This document shows positions 40,875-53,500 of a stretch of 64,000 nt of DNA, one piece after another. Each line of letters starts with the position of its first letter. The first letter of the stretch is position 1. Position numbers and translations under genes: made by a program. The notes under the pieces are model-generated. The model saw nothing but the letters and a program-made list of their open reading frames with translations. It ran no database searches and was not told where the DNA came from. The stretch lies in NCBI GenBank assembly GCA_012295275.1, contig CM022677.1:6758001-6822000 (forward strand), in the 5' to 3' direction. Source of the DNA: Chrysomallon squamiferum (lineage: Eukaryota; Animalia; Mollusca).

Positions 40875-41930
40875 ACCTCTAAGATACTAGACACAATTCA
40901 CAGACTCTGACAGGATAGTACATGCCAGAGTATCTAATATATTAAGCATCATACACTACACTAGATGAAAAGATATCGTTACTACAGGGTAGCACATACC
41001 ACAGAAACTAATATTACTAGATATAGTGCTCTGAATGAAACAAATTGAGTTTCTGACAGGCATGACAAACCACAGCGTCTAACATATTAGACATTATTCA
41101 CTGGCTTGTACATACTCTTTGACAGGGACAACAGATCAAAGCCTCTAACATAGTAGACACAATTCACTGGCTTCTACAGACTTTGTCAGGATAGTACATA
41201 CAACAGCCTCTAACATACTAGACACAATTCACTGGCCTGTACACAATCTTTGACAGGATAGTACCTAAAACAGCCTCTAACATACTAGACACAATTCACT
41301 GGGTTGTACAGACTCTTTGACGTGATAGTACATACGACAGCCTCTAACATACTAGACACAATTCACTGTCTTGGACAGACCCTTTGACACGATTATACAT
41401 GTGATGCCTCATACTGGACACAATCCTCTGGCTAGTTGAGACTCTTTGACAGGGACGACAAAGCACAGCCTGTAACATACTAGACACAATTCACTGGCTT
41501 CTACAGACTCTTTGACAGGATAGTACATACCACTGCCTCTAACATACTAGACACAATTCACTGGCCTGTACACACTCTTTGACAGGATAGTACATACCAC
41601 TGCCTCTAACATACTAGACACAATTCACTGGCTTGTACAGACTCTTTGACAGGATAGCACATACAACAGCCTCTAACATACCAGACACAATTCACCGTCT
41701 TGTACACTATTTGAGTCGATAGTACATATCACAACCCCAAACATACTAGACACAATTCTCTGGCTAGTTCAGACTCTTTGACAGGATAGTACATACCACA
41801 TCCTCTAAAATACTAGACACAATTCATTGGCTTGGACAGACTCTATGACAGGATAGTACATACGACTGCCGTACACATACAAGAAACAATTCACTGGCTT
41901 GTACAGATTGTTTGACAGGACAGTACATAC
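40875..41930. repeat. 67-bp minisatellite (cactggcttgtacagactctttgacaggatagtacataccacagcctctaacatactagacacaatt), about 15 copies
   Basis: tagtacatac occurs at 41521 and 41588 (period 67). Units degenerate toward the left end. Confidence 0.95.
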
Positions 41931-43459
41931 CAAGTAAATATTTTTATTTCATTGTACTGTAGCACGTACAGTTTGTTGTCATCACAACAGACACGCCTAG
42001 GACTGGACAGTCCATCCTGGTCAGTGAGGATGTCACGTGTAATGTTACCATCTCGTGACAACTGAACAACACAATTTCTAACCCAGTCACAAACAAAAAT
42101 ATTTCCCTCCCTGTCACATGTAACACCTTCCAAGACTCTCAGTTTGTCTGAATCACGTGACTCCCATCTGACGTCACCTGATGACATCACACAAACTACA
42201 CTGTTTACATTTGACACAACAATCATACATTGATCGTGAACTGTGAGACGTGACGGTCTGGGGATCAAATCTGTTGAGATAGAATTAATGAGCTGGCCAC
42301 TGTCTGTCAGTATGTCCAAGTACTGATTGTACCCAGTGACCGCGAGACGGTTGCCAGGTAACACAGCGATAAAGTCATAGCCTTTAACAGTTTTAAATAT
42401 TTTGATCAGTTTGAAGTTTTCCAAATTTAAAAACAATATTTTATGTTTACCTGGTACAGCAACAACAACAACAACATCACCTAGCTGATCACGTGATTCA
42501 GCAATACCCCATGGTTCAGAGGAAGTGTTGTATCTGTTTATCAGTGATTTTTTTTCTAAACAAAAACATTTTAGGCAGAGATTGCTAAAATCACTAACAA
42601 CAATTTTACTTTTGTCTGCACCTGACACCAGCATGGAAACCGGGCGAGGATTTTTTGTATCTTGTTGTGTTTTTATGTCAATGATGTTTGTGTGTTTGAG
42701 TGTGTCTGTCTGTCTGTCTATCTGTTTGTCAGTGTGTTGTGTTTTTGTGTTAATGGTGTCTGTGTGTTTGAGTGTGTCTGTCTGTCTGTCTATCTGTGTG
42801 TCTGTGTGTTGTGTTTTTGTGTTAATGGTGTCTCTGTGTTTGAGTGTGTCTGTTAGACTGTCTATCTGTGTGTCTGTGTGTTGTGTTTTTGTGTTAATGT
42901 TGTCTGTGTGTTTGAGTGTGTCTGTCTGTCTCTCTATCTATGTGTCTGTGTGTTGTGTTTTTGTGTTAGTGGTGTCTATGTGTTTGAGTGTGTCTGTCTG
43001 TCTGTTTATCTGTTTGTCTGTTTGGATGGTTGTGGAAATTTCTCCGATGTGCACAGAAATCTCTTTCTTTTTTTCAGATTTTCTGAGATTTATTTTCAAT
43101 TCTGCTTTTTCTATTTCTGAAAGAGAATTTGACAGAAACTCGGAAGTTGTGTTTTGAAGTTTGGTGAATTTTGGAAGGTTTGTTTTTATGTCTGACTCTG
43201 ATTTTTCTTTTAACAAATGTTCACCAAGTTTTATAAAATTTTCATTTTCATCAATTAGATGTTTGTGCTCATTAAACAATTTTTCTATTTCTGAGTTTAC
43301 AAAGTTCTGAGATTTTTCTATTTCTCTTATTAACCTGATGTAATTCTGCAGGCATTTCGAGCAGAACGAATGTCCACATGAAAGACCTCTTGGTTTCTCA
43401 AAAATGTCCAAACACAGAGAACACGAAATGTTGTCATCGGAGTTTGAAGCTGTTGCCAT
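41891..43459 (-). pseudogene. Single-exon TRIM-NHL-like gene: truncated RING, coiled coil, five 24-aa repeats, NHL beta-propeller; one in-frame TAG at 42938-42940
   Basis: N-terminus CSLCLDIFEKPRGLSCGHSFCSKCL is a C3HC4 RING lacking the last CxxC, and no B-box follows. The C-terminus has NHL motifs (EPWGIA, GVTCDREGNIFVCD, DGLSSPRRVC). ORFs 42938-43459 and 41891-42634 are in the same frame and the intervening sequence is open. An acceptor cacag lies just before the ATG. Confidence 0.85.
42665..43022 (-). repeat. 72-bp coding tandem repeat (TDTQIDRQTDTLKHTDTINTKTQH), 5 copies
   Basis: tttgagtgtgtctg occurs at 42695, 42767, 42839, 42911 and 42983. Confidence 0.9.
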
Positions 43460-43464
43460 ATCTG

Positions 43465-43517
<53 letters not shown>

Positions 43518-43599
43518 TGAAAACAACCGACTGGAGGTAAAAATTACATATTAATTCCACTTAATTCATACGACCAATGGTTATATAGCAATATATGTA

Positions 43600-44670
43600 G
43601 ACAGAGAGAAGTGATAGAGATATGGTTCAGAGACAGAAGTTATCAAGGTACAGAACGAGATAAAGATACAGATAGAGAGATAGATAGAAACGTAGAGAGA
43701 CAGATGTGATAGAGGTAAAGATAGCGAGAAGCAGAGCCAAATGATAGAGAAGATAATAGGTAGGAAGGCTGAGTCATGGGACAGACATAGTTAGAGAGAC
43801 AGAGAGAAATAATCAAGATATAAATAAAGAGATATAGATAGAGAAAGTCATGGGATAGAGATATAGGATGGAAGGTAGTGACAGAGACAAGTGATAGAGA
43901 TATAGGTGGAGAGACAGAAAAAATAGAGAGAGTGATGTAGAGATATAGCGAAAGGTACAAGTGACAGAGATAGGTGGAGAGACACAGACAGGTAATTGAC
44001 ATTTAGGCAGAGAGTGATTTGGGATACAGATATGTGTAGAGAGACATAGAAATGACACATTTATCAGACGAGAGACATAGAAATGATAAAAGCAGAGAGA
44101 GAAACAAGTGATAGAGAGATATTCACTATATAGACGAATTGATGATGAATGATAAAGAGACAGGTTGACAGACAGATAGGTGGACAGATAGATAGTGGAA
44201 AACATGGTTACATGGATTGTAGATGTTAAAATAAGGCTGACTGGTTAGACTAACATACAGAAAGACAGAGTGAACAGGCAGACAAACATGCAGACAGCGA
44301 GAGAAAGATTAATGGACAGAATAACCGATTCGGACAGTTAGAGACACAGATTAGAGTGACAAATATGTGCAAATACTGAACAGTCTAAAGAGAGACTGAG
44401 AGAGAGAAAGAGAGATAGATAGAAACAAACACATAGATAGCTAGATTGATTGACTATATGGACAGATAGCTGGACAAACAAACAGAAGGTTTTAATACCT
44501 GTAAGTTTAACAGTGAGACTGATGAACAGACCCATAGTGTTGACAAATTTACAAATTTACAGAAAGAGAAGAATAGATGAATAGACGAACAGACAGACAG
44601 AGAGTCAGAAAGACAATTAGAATGATGGATGAATACAGAGATTGAAAGACAGAAAAATAGAAAAATAGAT
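43600..44670. repeat. Degenerate AGAT/AGAC low-complexity tract, probably intronic upstream of the TRIM-NHL exon
   Basis: Purine-rich simple repeats. The overlapping ORFs are L/S/Y-biased artefacts. Confidence 0.75.
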
Positions 44671-45175
44671 ATGGAAATTTATAGAAACCGGTATGTCAAG
44701 GAAATGTGTTCAAACTGATTTAATGTTGCGATAATGAAACAAAAATTATCATACAGACATTTAAAATGCAACAAACGCTGAATAAAAGCAAAATGAAATT
44801 GTTGTAAAACACCGTAATCATACCTAAATTGTTATGTTTATTTTGACCTTGTTATTATTTTCCTTTTCTATCTTTTTTCTTCAATTTTTTTCTTATAATT
44901 TATCTATTGACTATTTACACTTTACAAAAGGTAAATATTTGTTATTTTGTTTTAAAGAGTAATTACTGATATTAAAGAGCAAAAATTAAAATAGTGAGAG
45001 GGAGACAGGAATACTGACTTGTTTTTATAGATTTATATCAGCCCATACTCTGGCGCTGTCTCTGTCTGTCTCTCTTAGAAAGCAAATAATATAATGTATT
45101 AATAATTTCTTTTTATTTATTTATTTATTTATTTATACAAGCAAGGAAAAGATACAAAAACAACAACAACAACAC

Positions 45176-45210
<35 letters not shown>

Positions 45211-45984
45211 GTAGAAGAATTCGCGATATTAGGGCCATCGCAAATAAAGTAATAGTAATACTACAGACAAACTTAAATCACCACAGCGCTTTACAGCAAA
45301 GCATTTCATAATATTCTGACATTTAAAAATACGTCTATACTGCTCAGCTGTTGGTGGAATGACTTCCTGTGAATCAGTAATGAATACACCCAGTGAGTAG
45401 TTGCTACAACATTTTTTTCTTACTTCTAAAATAAATTTTTCACTTAAGGTCTATCTTGCTAACAGATGCTTTACTCGAAAAGATTTATCTTTTAAATATT
45501 ATAAAAGCTTTGTATATTTTTGTTATTTGTTTTATTTCTGAGCTAAGTCTGCGGAATGTATTTAGGTAGCCAGGGATAGGTTGACCTAGAGACTAACAAC
45601 GTCAGACTAGATTTATTATTTCATTGTGCAATGTCTTACCATCTGTTTTACTGAGCTTTTTATTAAAACTCTTCTAAATCGGTTACGTAAACACCTCAGT
45701 GGACTTTTCTCTTTATTTACGTTTGATTGCCACTGTTTATTTGTAATAGTTCGTAAGCTTTCTGTCTTGTTTACTAAACTGTTTACTGTGTTGGTAAATT
45801 GTTTGTTTCAGTCAGTGTTTACTTACTCAAGCTGTTGTTTTTTTTTTGTTGTTGTTGGTGTTTCATAGTTTTATGAGTATTTTATTATGTTTATTGTTTA
45901 TACTAATTTGTTTTAGCTATAACAACAACAACAACAACAAAACAACAATAATAAAATTAATATAAATGAGACAAATCTTTTCGT

Positions 45985-46160
45985 TAATACAGCTAATATC
46001 ACCTTTCTGTACAGTATTTATTTACTTAATGTCTGCTAATATCACGTTGCTGTACAGTATTTATTTACTTAATGATGCTATATTATGTTACAGTACAGTA
46101 TTTATTTACTTAATATTACGTTATTGTACACTATTTATTTACTTAATGCTGCTAATATCA
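45985..46160. repeat. Short array (about 4 units) of the 42-bp minisatellite family
   Basis: ctgctaatatcacgttgctgtacagtatttatttacttaat units. Confidence 0.85.
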
Positions 46161-46199
46161 GAGTTTACAAGATTAATAACTTAAAACTGACATTTAATT

Positions 46200-46555
46200 A
46201 CACTCCATATCGAGATTCTTCCTGATTTTTTTTTCTGTTCTTTGTTTCTGAAGGCTCATTCACATCCAAAAACTGTATATTTTTCATCTTGTCTGCAAGG
46301 CGACCTAATTGATAGCAGTGATCTGCATATACATTATTCATTTATAAAACCCGTTTGCTAATCTTGTTGCTAATTTCTTTGTATTTTTAAGAAGCAACAG
46401 AGCTGCAGACAACCCTTCTAAATCTTCAAAACTTGAGAAGTGCGACACTTCTAAATGACAGCTGTAATGCACATTTTAATGTTTCTTTTTCTTCTTGAGG
46501 AGTGTTTTTTCTTCTGTATCTTACTTTATTCTGACATAATCAAATTATTAATGTA
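46200..46555 (-). pseudogene. P4HA: Diverged P4HA N-terminal fragment (paralog B), head-to-head with the full-length P4HA pseudogene
   Basis: The reverse complement translates to HFSSFEDLEGLSAALLLLKNTKKLATRLANGF/ADHCYQLGRLADKMK. Confidence 0.85.
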
Positions 46556-46908
46556 ATTTCCATCATGATAGAAAGACAGACAGACAAATAGAAAAATAGG
46601 TAGTTACATATAATCAAAGGATAACAGAAACTTAACATACCAAAAGTGTTTCAAACACATACACACACAAAAACTCGGAGACAAAAACAAATGTACAATA
46701 AATAAGAAAAAGTAAAAATAATAAAATAAACGAATAAAATGAAATAGAAATGAAAGATAAAATAATGAAACGTGTTATTTTATCCCTCCCCCATCATTTT
46801 AATAATCTGCGTATTTTAAACTGATATATATTTAGAATTATATTCATCATAACTCTACTTTTATACCAGATATTTAGGTATTCATATCACTAGTAGACAC
46901 CTTCAAAT

Positions 46909-48364
46909 ATGTATCAGCAGTACATTATTTTAGTTTTGCTTTTATCAGCTGTGAATTCAGAACTGTTTACGTCCGTTTCACATCTCTACAGGTCTGTACT
47001 AACAGGAAGAGACTTGGCAACAAGGAACTAAATTGGAAAAGTTGAAAACAATTTCAGATCAAATGGAACATCAGTGTTCGACAGCACTAAAAGATCCAAA
47101 TCGTTACATAGCCAACCCGATTGGTGCGTTTTTATATATTAAACTGTTCACTGGGAACGAGATGTACAACCTATTCTTCACCAAAATATTACGTCCAGAC
47201 AGTGCTACATGAACTACAAGAAATTCGTGAACATCTTCCAAGTTACGAAGATTTAGAAGGGGTCGCTGCAGCTGTGTTTCGACTTCAAGACACGTACAAA
47301 TTAAATGTGACAAGATTAGCAGACGGTTTTATATATAAACGATATATACAGAGATTATCAGCAGAAGACTGTTATCAGTTAGGTCGCCTTGCATACAAAA
47401 TGAAAAAATACAACTATGTACATATTTGAATGTGCATAAGTCTCGAGAAACAAAGAACGGAAACAATTCAGAGCGTATTTCATGACTATGAAATTAACGG
47501 TAGAGAATTAGCGGGACAGATAGAACACGTTTTAAATCTGACAAATGAACAGTTAATTTTAACTCCTGGACTTGAACGTGCTCCAAACAGAAGGAAAAAG
47601 TATTCAAGGGCAGAAAAGAGAAAAGAAAATACCAGAGTTAAAGAAAAAACAACTTTCGATGCTCTCTGTCGTGGTGAAGACGTTATTAAAGTACGAGAGA
47701 GACATCGTCTGAAATGTCGCTACCATTACAACAACAAAAATCCACTTCTAATTCTTAAGCATGCTAAAGAAGAGATTCTGCATTTCTCACCGAAAATTGT
47801 TCTGTATCATGATTTTATCAGTGATGCTGCAATTGAAGAAATTAAAACAGTTACCATGCCACTTTTACAAGCATCTGAAATCAATCACGGTGGAAAAAAT
47901 ATCAAATCTGAGAAAAGAATTAACAAACATACATGTCTAGGAAGAGGTTGCATAGAAGCAGACACGAGAAGTCAGAGAAGAATTGAAGCAATCACAGGTC
48001 TTTCAATGAAAGCTTCAGAACCACTTCAGGTGGCAAACTACGGAATAGGCGGACAGTTCACGGCTCATACTGATATTTCAACATAGCATATTCTTCCGGT
48101 GAAAACAGAATTGCTACGTGGTTAAACTATATGAGTGATGTAGAAGGAGGTGCAACAGTGTTTCCTTGTCTTGGTGTAAGAATACAACCGAAAGCAGGTG
48201 CAGCTATATTTTGGTATAATTTATATCGGAATGGTTCACATAACAAAATGACAATTCACGGAGCTTGTCCCGTTCTTATTGGCTCTAAATGGGTGGCCAC
48301 ATACTGATTTCTAGAAAAGGGGCAAGTATTCAAGCGACCATGTTCCACAAATCCAGAAGAATAA
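46909..48364 (+). pseudogene. P4HA: Full-length intronless prolyl 4-hydroxylase alpha subunit pseudogene (probable retrocopy)
   Basis: Signal peptide MYQQYIILVLLLSAVNSELFTS; KDPNRYIANPIGAF; EDLEGVAAAVFRLQDTY; LCRGE; LQVANYGIGGQFTAHTD (HxD); NRIATWLNYMSDVEGGATVFP; IHGACPVLIGSKWVA; FKRPCSTNPEE*. Several frameshifts and stops (47427-29, 48084-86, about 48305). No introns. Confidence 0.95.
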
Positions 48365-49216
48365 ATGAAACACGATGCAACTTTTAATGTGCGCAGATCC
48401 TAGAAAGAGATTTTCTGCTTATTGATTAATTTGTTGTTTGTAAACATTTTCCATAGGCATTTATTTAAAATAATAAATGAATAATAAAATATATAGTAAA
48501 AGTATTTCTTATTGGATTTTATTGCTTTCTTTTATTATTATTATTTTTTTCATCCCTTCTTTCTTTCTTGGTTAATTCCGCAGTATTTTTCAAAGATGCC
48601 TGTTTATGTAAATAGTTACTCTCGTTCAAAATATAATGATTACGTCCTCTTGTCTCTCGATTTTCTTCAAGGCCTTAGAATCATTGCAAATGCTACACTT
48701 TGCCTTTAGACATAAGATACAACGACAAACCTATATAAACATGCTTGCTCATTGTAACATCTGTTACACTAGTTAATTCTTTGTTCTTGAGATGAAAATT
48801 AAAGATTTAACTTGTAAAACGGGATATATTTTTAAGGATTGTTTAATTAATTAATTTATTTATTTACTAAAAAATAATAATAAAAAAACAACAACAAAAT
48901 AATCAAATATGCTGTATGTGAATATTTATAATAATTTTTTTTTTTTTATATTGTTATTTTCATAGGTCCGTATGTTTAAAGTATTAAATTTACCAGTGTC
49001 TACTTATTTCAGCAAACGTCGACAAGTCTCTTTTGATATGCACAGCAAATTTGTATTATCACTAGTCAATAATGGGTTACACAGCTTGTAATAATTAAAT
49101 CATATATATATATATATATATATATATACTGTCCATTGTAGATGTAAATTGTCATTACGTATATGATGCGTTAAACAATGAGGTGAACAAACAAGTACAC
49201 TTATATTAGAAACTGG

Positions 49217-49273
<57 letters not shown>

Positions 49274-49556
49274 ATACACACACATACACAGAAAACAGCT
49301 TATTACTTATTAATTCACTGAGTTAAAATAGACTGTCTTACCTTTTTGCTTGTTTTACTGAATTAAAATGTATAACAAAAAAAAAGTATAAAATTCACAA
49401 CATTGAGGTATTTTCCTAATTAATTTTTATTTTACAGAATTAGCATATCATAAATGTCAGTACTCGCTGTGTATTGCATAAATTATCCTCGAACATTTCA
49501 GATGGCCGGTTTGTTGTAAGTATACAAACTGTATTGGTTACGTCATGAATATACGA

Positions 49557-49598
<42 letters not shown>

Positions 49599-50402
49599 AA
49601 TCTGAATGGACTGACGATACAAAGAAACTTTCGTACACTGATTATCTTAAAGTGGCAAACAAATTACATCTTTTGCTGCTGTTATAGAAAGCAGCTTTTG
49701 CAATTAATGTAAAACTTGGAGGACATGACAGAGGAGTTTAGAGAGGAATATGAAGAAAACGCAGTCGACAGAGACAACTGATAGACCATTAACATTTGTA
49801 ATAATAAACCAAATATTTCAGTTTTATGTTATTTTAATGTTTGTAAATCGGCACTGTCTAAAATGGCATACCACGCTGGTCTCAATGAATCCGGTTTTGA
49901 CAGTCGATTGTATTTATTTGTATTGCTTATATTTTAGTTATTTATCACACATTAATAGATACGTTATGTTGTTTACTGTATATACATTGATATTCCTTGA
50001 ACACACCTATACATTTACATTTATTACTCAGTATACAGCTATATACGACGTTTCGTTATCAGCGATTTTCTGTGGTGTGCAATGACGTACACCGTCAACC
50101 CCACAAATAGAAAAAAATAAAAATAAATAAAAAATAAATAAAAATAGTAGCTGAAGGGAGATAATGGAAATAACTTATTAAACACTACGATATAGAATCT
50201 TGTCACAAGACTCAACTTTAATTTTTTGAGTAATTTTATTGAGTAATAACTAATACAAATAATAGCAAGTAGTATTTATAGCTGAGTTTTATAAAATAGC
50301 TTACAATATAAATCACTTTCACACACAAACACACAAACAACAACTTATACATGTACGTATGTATTTTATTTTTAAATATTTAGTTTATTATCACTATTTG
50401 TG

Positions 50403-50442
<40 letters not shown>

Positions 50443-50576
50443 TTCATTATCGATATTTTTTTCATTAATTAGCTTTAGGAATGATAAAACAGACTGAATC
50501 GCATCCATTCAAAAATAACATGTTTTAATTTAGTTGCAAAATGTAATAATTTAAAATTATTTCTTCTCTTTCCCAG

Positions 50577-53500
50577 CTAGACCAGGCGGCCTTGACCTCT
50601 CTGAAATGGGAGATAATCGAGCTGAACAACAGGTTGGCACAAGTAACAGCCGAAAGTGATCATTTAGAAAAATAACTGACTAAATGTCAGGTAAGAAACG
50701 ATTTTTATTTTTTAATTTTTTTTTTATCCTAGGATTAGCCTGAAATTAAATCTCCACCTGCATTTTAATGTTGTTATTCTAAGAATATAGCCTGACTAGA
50801 AAATAACATGTTTGGCAATAACTCTTGGTGATGATTTAAAGCTACTCTGGCTATCTTCCTGGAAAAGATTTAGAAAATATTTACGTTGATCTGATGACCA
50901 AATTTAGATTTAAATTTTTTTTATTATTATATATTTACTTTCTGCCTTATTTGGTTATTTATGTATTTATTTAATTATTTATTTATGATGTTTTCTTAAG
51001 CAGACACTAAAACAAAGAGTACTTAGGTTCAATAAATACAATATATACTAATTCAAATTCATAAACAAAAATGTTATTTTGAATACTAAGAGAATTTAGT
51101 CTGTATGTTTTTTAATTTACTTATAGGCTGTTATATCCAAAAACCATTCAAAACTTCAAATATTTTAGTGATTCTACGAGGAACGCGCCACTAAACTTCA
51201 CACGTCACTGCAGAGCTGATGAAGAAGATTAATGTCAGCAGGTCAGTGGTCTTTATTAAGTAATATTTAGTGTGAGTTTGCTGTTCTTCCCTGCTTTTAA
51301 TGAATGATAAAAACAATAATATAATATATCTGGACACATAATGAAACATAGTTTTGGCTTGTCATTATGTATTGTAAAATAATACCATTTGTTTGCTGGT
51401 TTTTCACTGTTTTTAATGGACAAGAACAAATTCCTGAAAACCCGAAGTTCCAGAAATATGCGAAGACATTTAACCATTTTTTTTCTTTCATTGTATGAGT
51501 CAAGTCAGTCATTATTCAGATGTAAAACAACACCATTAGCTTGCTGTTCTTTACTGTGTTTAATGAAAGACTAAGAAATAATTTCTAGGAATTTGTTGAA
51601 AATACCAAATTCCAGAAAGTGTAAACACATTGGAACGTTTTTTTTTTTTTGTTTGTTTTTCTTTTCTTTTCATTTCTGTATAGAGAAGAAGATGATCGGA
51701 CAAAAGCGATGATGGAGGAAGTATCAACGAGAATAATGCAAATGGCTCCCAGTCTGCGAGACCTGGTAATCATTTACTTTTATATTTATTTTTTGACTGT
51801 ACAGTTTTGGCTGTTTTAGATAGATGTCCAATTGTTTTAAAACTTTATTAATTTTAATTTTAATTCATTATATATATAGCAACATATTATAATTTGTTGG
51901 ATTTTTTTAAATATTAAATTATAATAATTTGTTTTTTCTCGTTTACTTACTGCTAGAAGGCATTTAAAAAAATGTAACAAATAAATATATAATTAAAATT
52001 ATATATTTTTCACATTTTCTTACTGTTAGAAGAATTGAATGAATTAAAAAGAAAAGTTCCAAATAAATATATAATTAAAATGAGATATTTTTTTTCAATC
52101 AGTTAATTTGATCAGAAGAGAAAAATTGAATTAAATGTACAAATAAAATTAAAATTCGCTTCATGTATTTTTTTTAGTAATTTTAGACGTAAGAAAAGAC
52201 AGAGAAAATGTCAACGGTGAATGTGAACAAGAACAGATAGGCAGACAGGAAATAGAACTTACACAGCTATGTAGCCATATTGAATATATTAATGATGACT
52301 GGGAGAAGTTGAAAAGAAAGGTAACTCTGCATAAATATTAAAATAATTATATTTATATTTTTATTTGTAGGTAGAATTGATACACAAAACTTAATTATTG
52401 AGATTGCTTTTTCCTTCACTTATATTGTATGGCTTGCATTAATGGCTTGAACCCAAGAAAACTCCAGAAGCTCAAAGACTGGATTTGGAAAATGCTGTGT
52501 TAATGCAGGAGCTGATGGCTGTGAAGGGCAGTCTTATGAAATGTAGCCCTAACCAAGCATCTGACCTTCTTTGGGAAGGAAAAAAAATCAGACAGACTAA
52601 TCAAACAGGCATTCATAATTTTGTTAATTTAGTAATGAAAATTGTGTTTCAGTTTTTTACTATATTAACTTGCATTTACTTGTACTTTTTCTTTAATTTT
52701 TTATTTTTTTTTATTAATGGCAGTTTGGTCTTTGTGTCTTATTCCATTTATATTAAATCATTTTCTGAATTCTAGGCAGACTGAATATACACACTTTGGA
52801 CTTTGTCATTTACATATGAATTATTTTTCAGAAGGAGAAGGCGGAGCTGAAAGTCAGAACTACTTGATGGAGAAGGAGACTGAGTGGTAAGGAGTCACAG
52901 GAGCAGGCCTACAGAGTACAGATAGAGCTTCTCAAGTGTGAGATCTCAGAGCACCAGCAGAGACTGGGCAGAGACGGCAAACACAAACATGTGATTATCT
53001 CTGTTTTATCTATCACTTTATCTCTTCTAGCTAGACTAGCAGGTATATAAACAGTGGAAACATACATAGTAGATATATTTCACATTATTGATTTTATTAT
53101 TTGTGTGTTTTAAACGTTGATTTAAACAGAGAAAAAATTAAATAATAATGACCAACTTCATATACTGTCTACTGATTTTATTATGTGTGTATTCTAAACA
53201 CTGATTTGTCATGTAAACACATCTAAATAATAATAATAACTTACTTGATAGACTGTCTACTTATTTTATTATGTGTGTATTCTAAACACTGATTTGTCAT
53301 ATAAACACATGTAAATAATAATAACTTACTTGATAGACTGTCTATTTATTTTATTAAGTGAGTATTCTAAATGTACTGACTTGTTAATATAAACACAGAA
53401 AACTAAAGAATAACTTACTATATAATGTCATTGATTCTGTGTGTCATAACTACTGATGCTGTATTCGCAGTTCTTTATTATAATTTTAAACAGTATGTTT

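Larger units (their letters stand above)
45791..52001 (+). repeat. Segmental duplication block C (array, P4HA pair, 5' part of MCC); inverted copy at 57544-64000
   Basis: 57544 onward is the reverse complement of about 52001 backward (ctgctagaaggcatt). The window end is the reverse complement of about 45791-45840. Paired ORFs 51585-/57771+ and 45966+/63708- match. Confidence 0.92.

Noticed and set aside
42525-43157. 210-aa Cys/Val-rich ORF on the + strand
   Set aside because: It is the antisense shadow of the TRIM-NHL 72-bp coding repeat.
47430-48086. 218-aa ORF as a functional short prolyl hydroxylase
   Set aside because: It stops just after HxD, lacking the distal His and Lys and any signal peptide. 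It is a pseudogene fragment.
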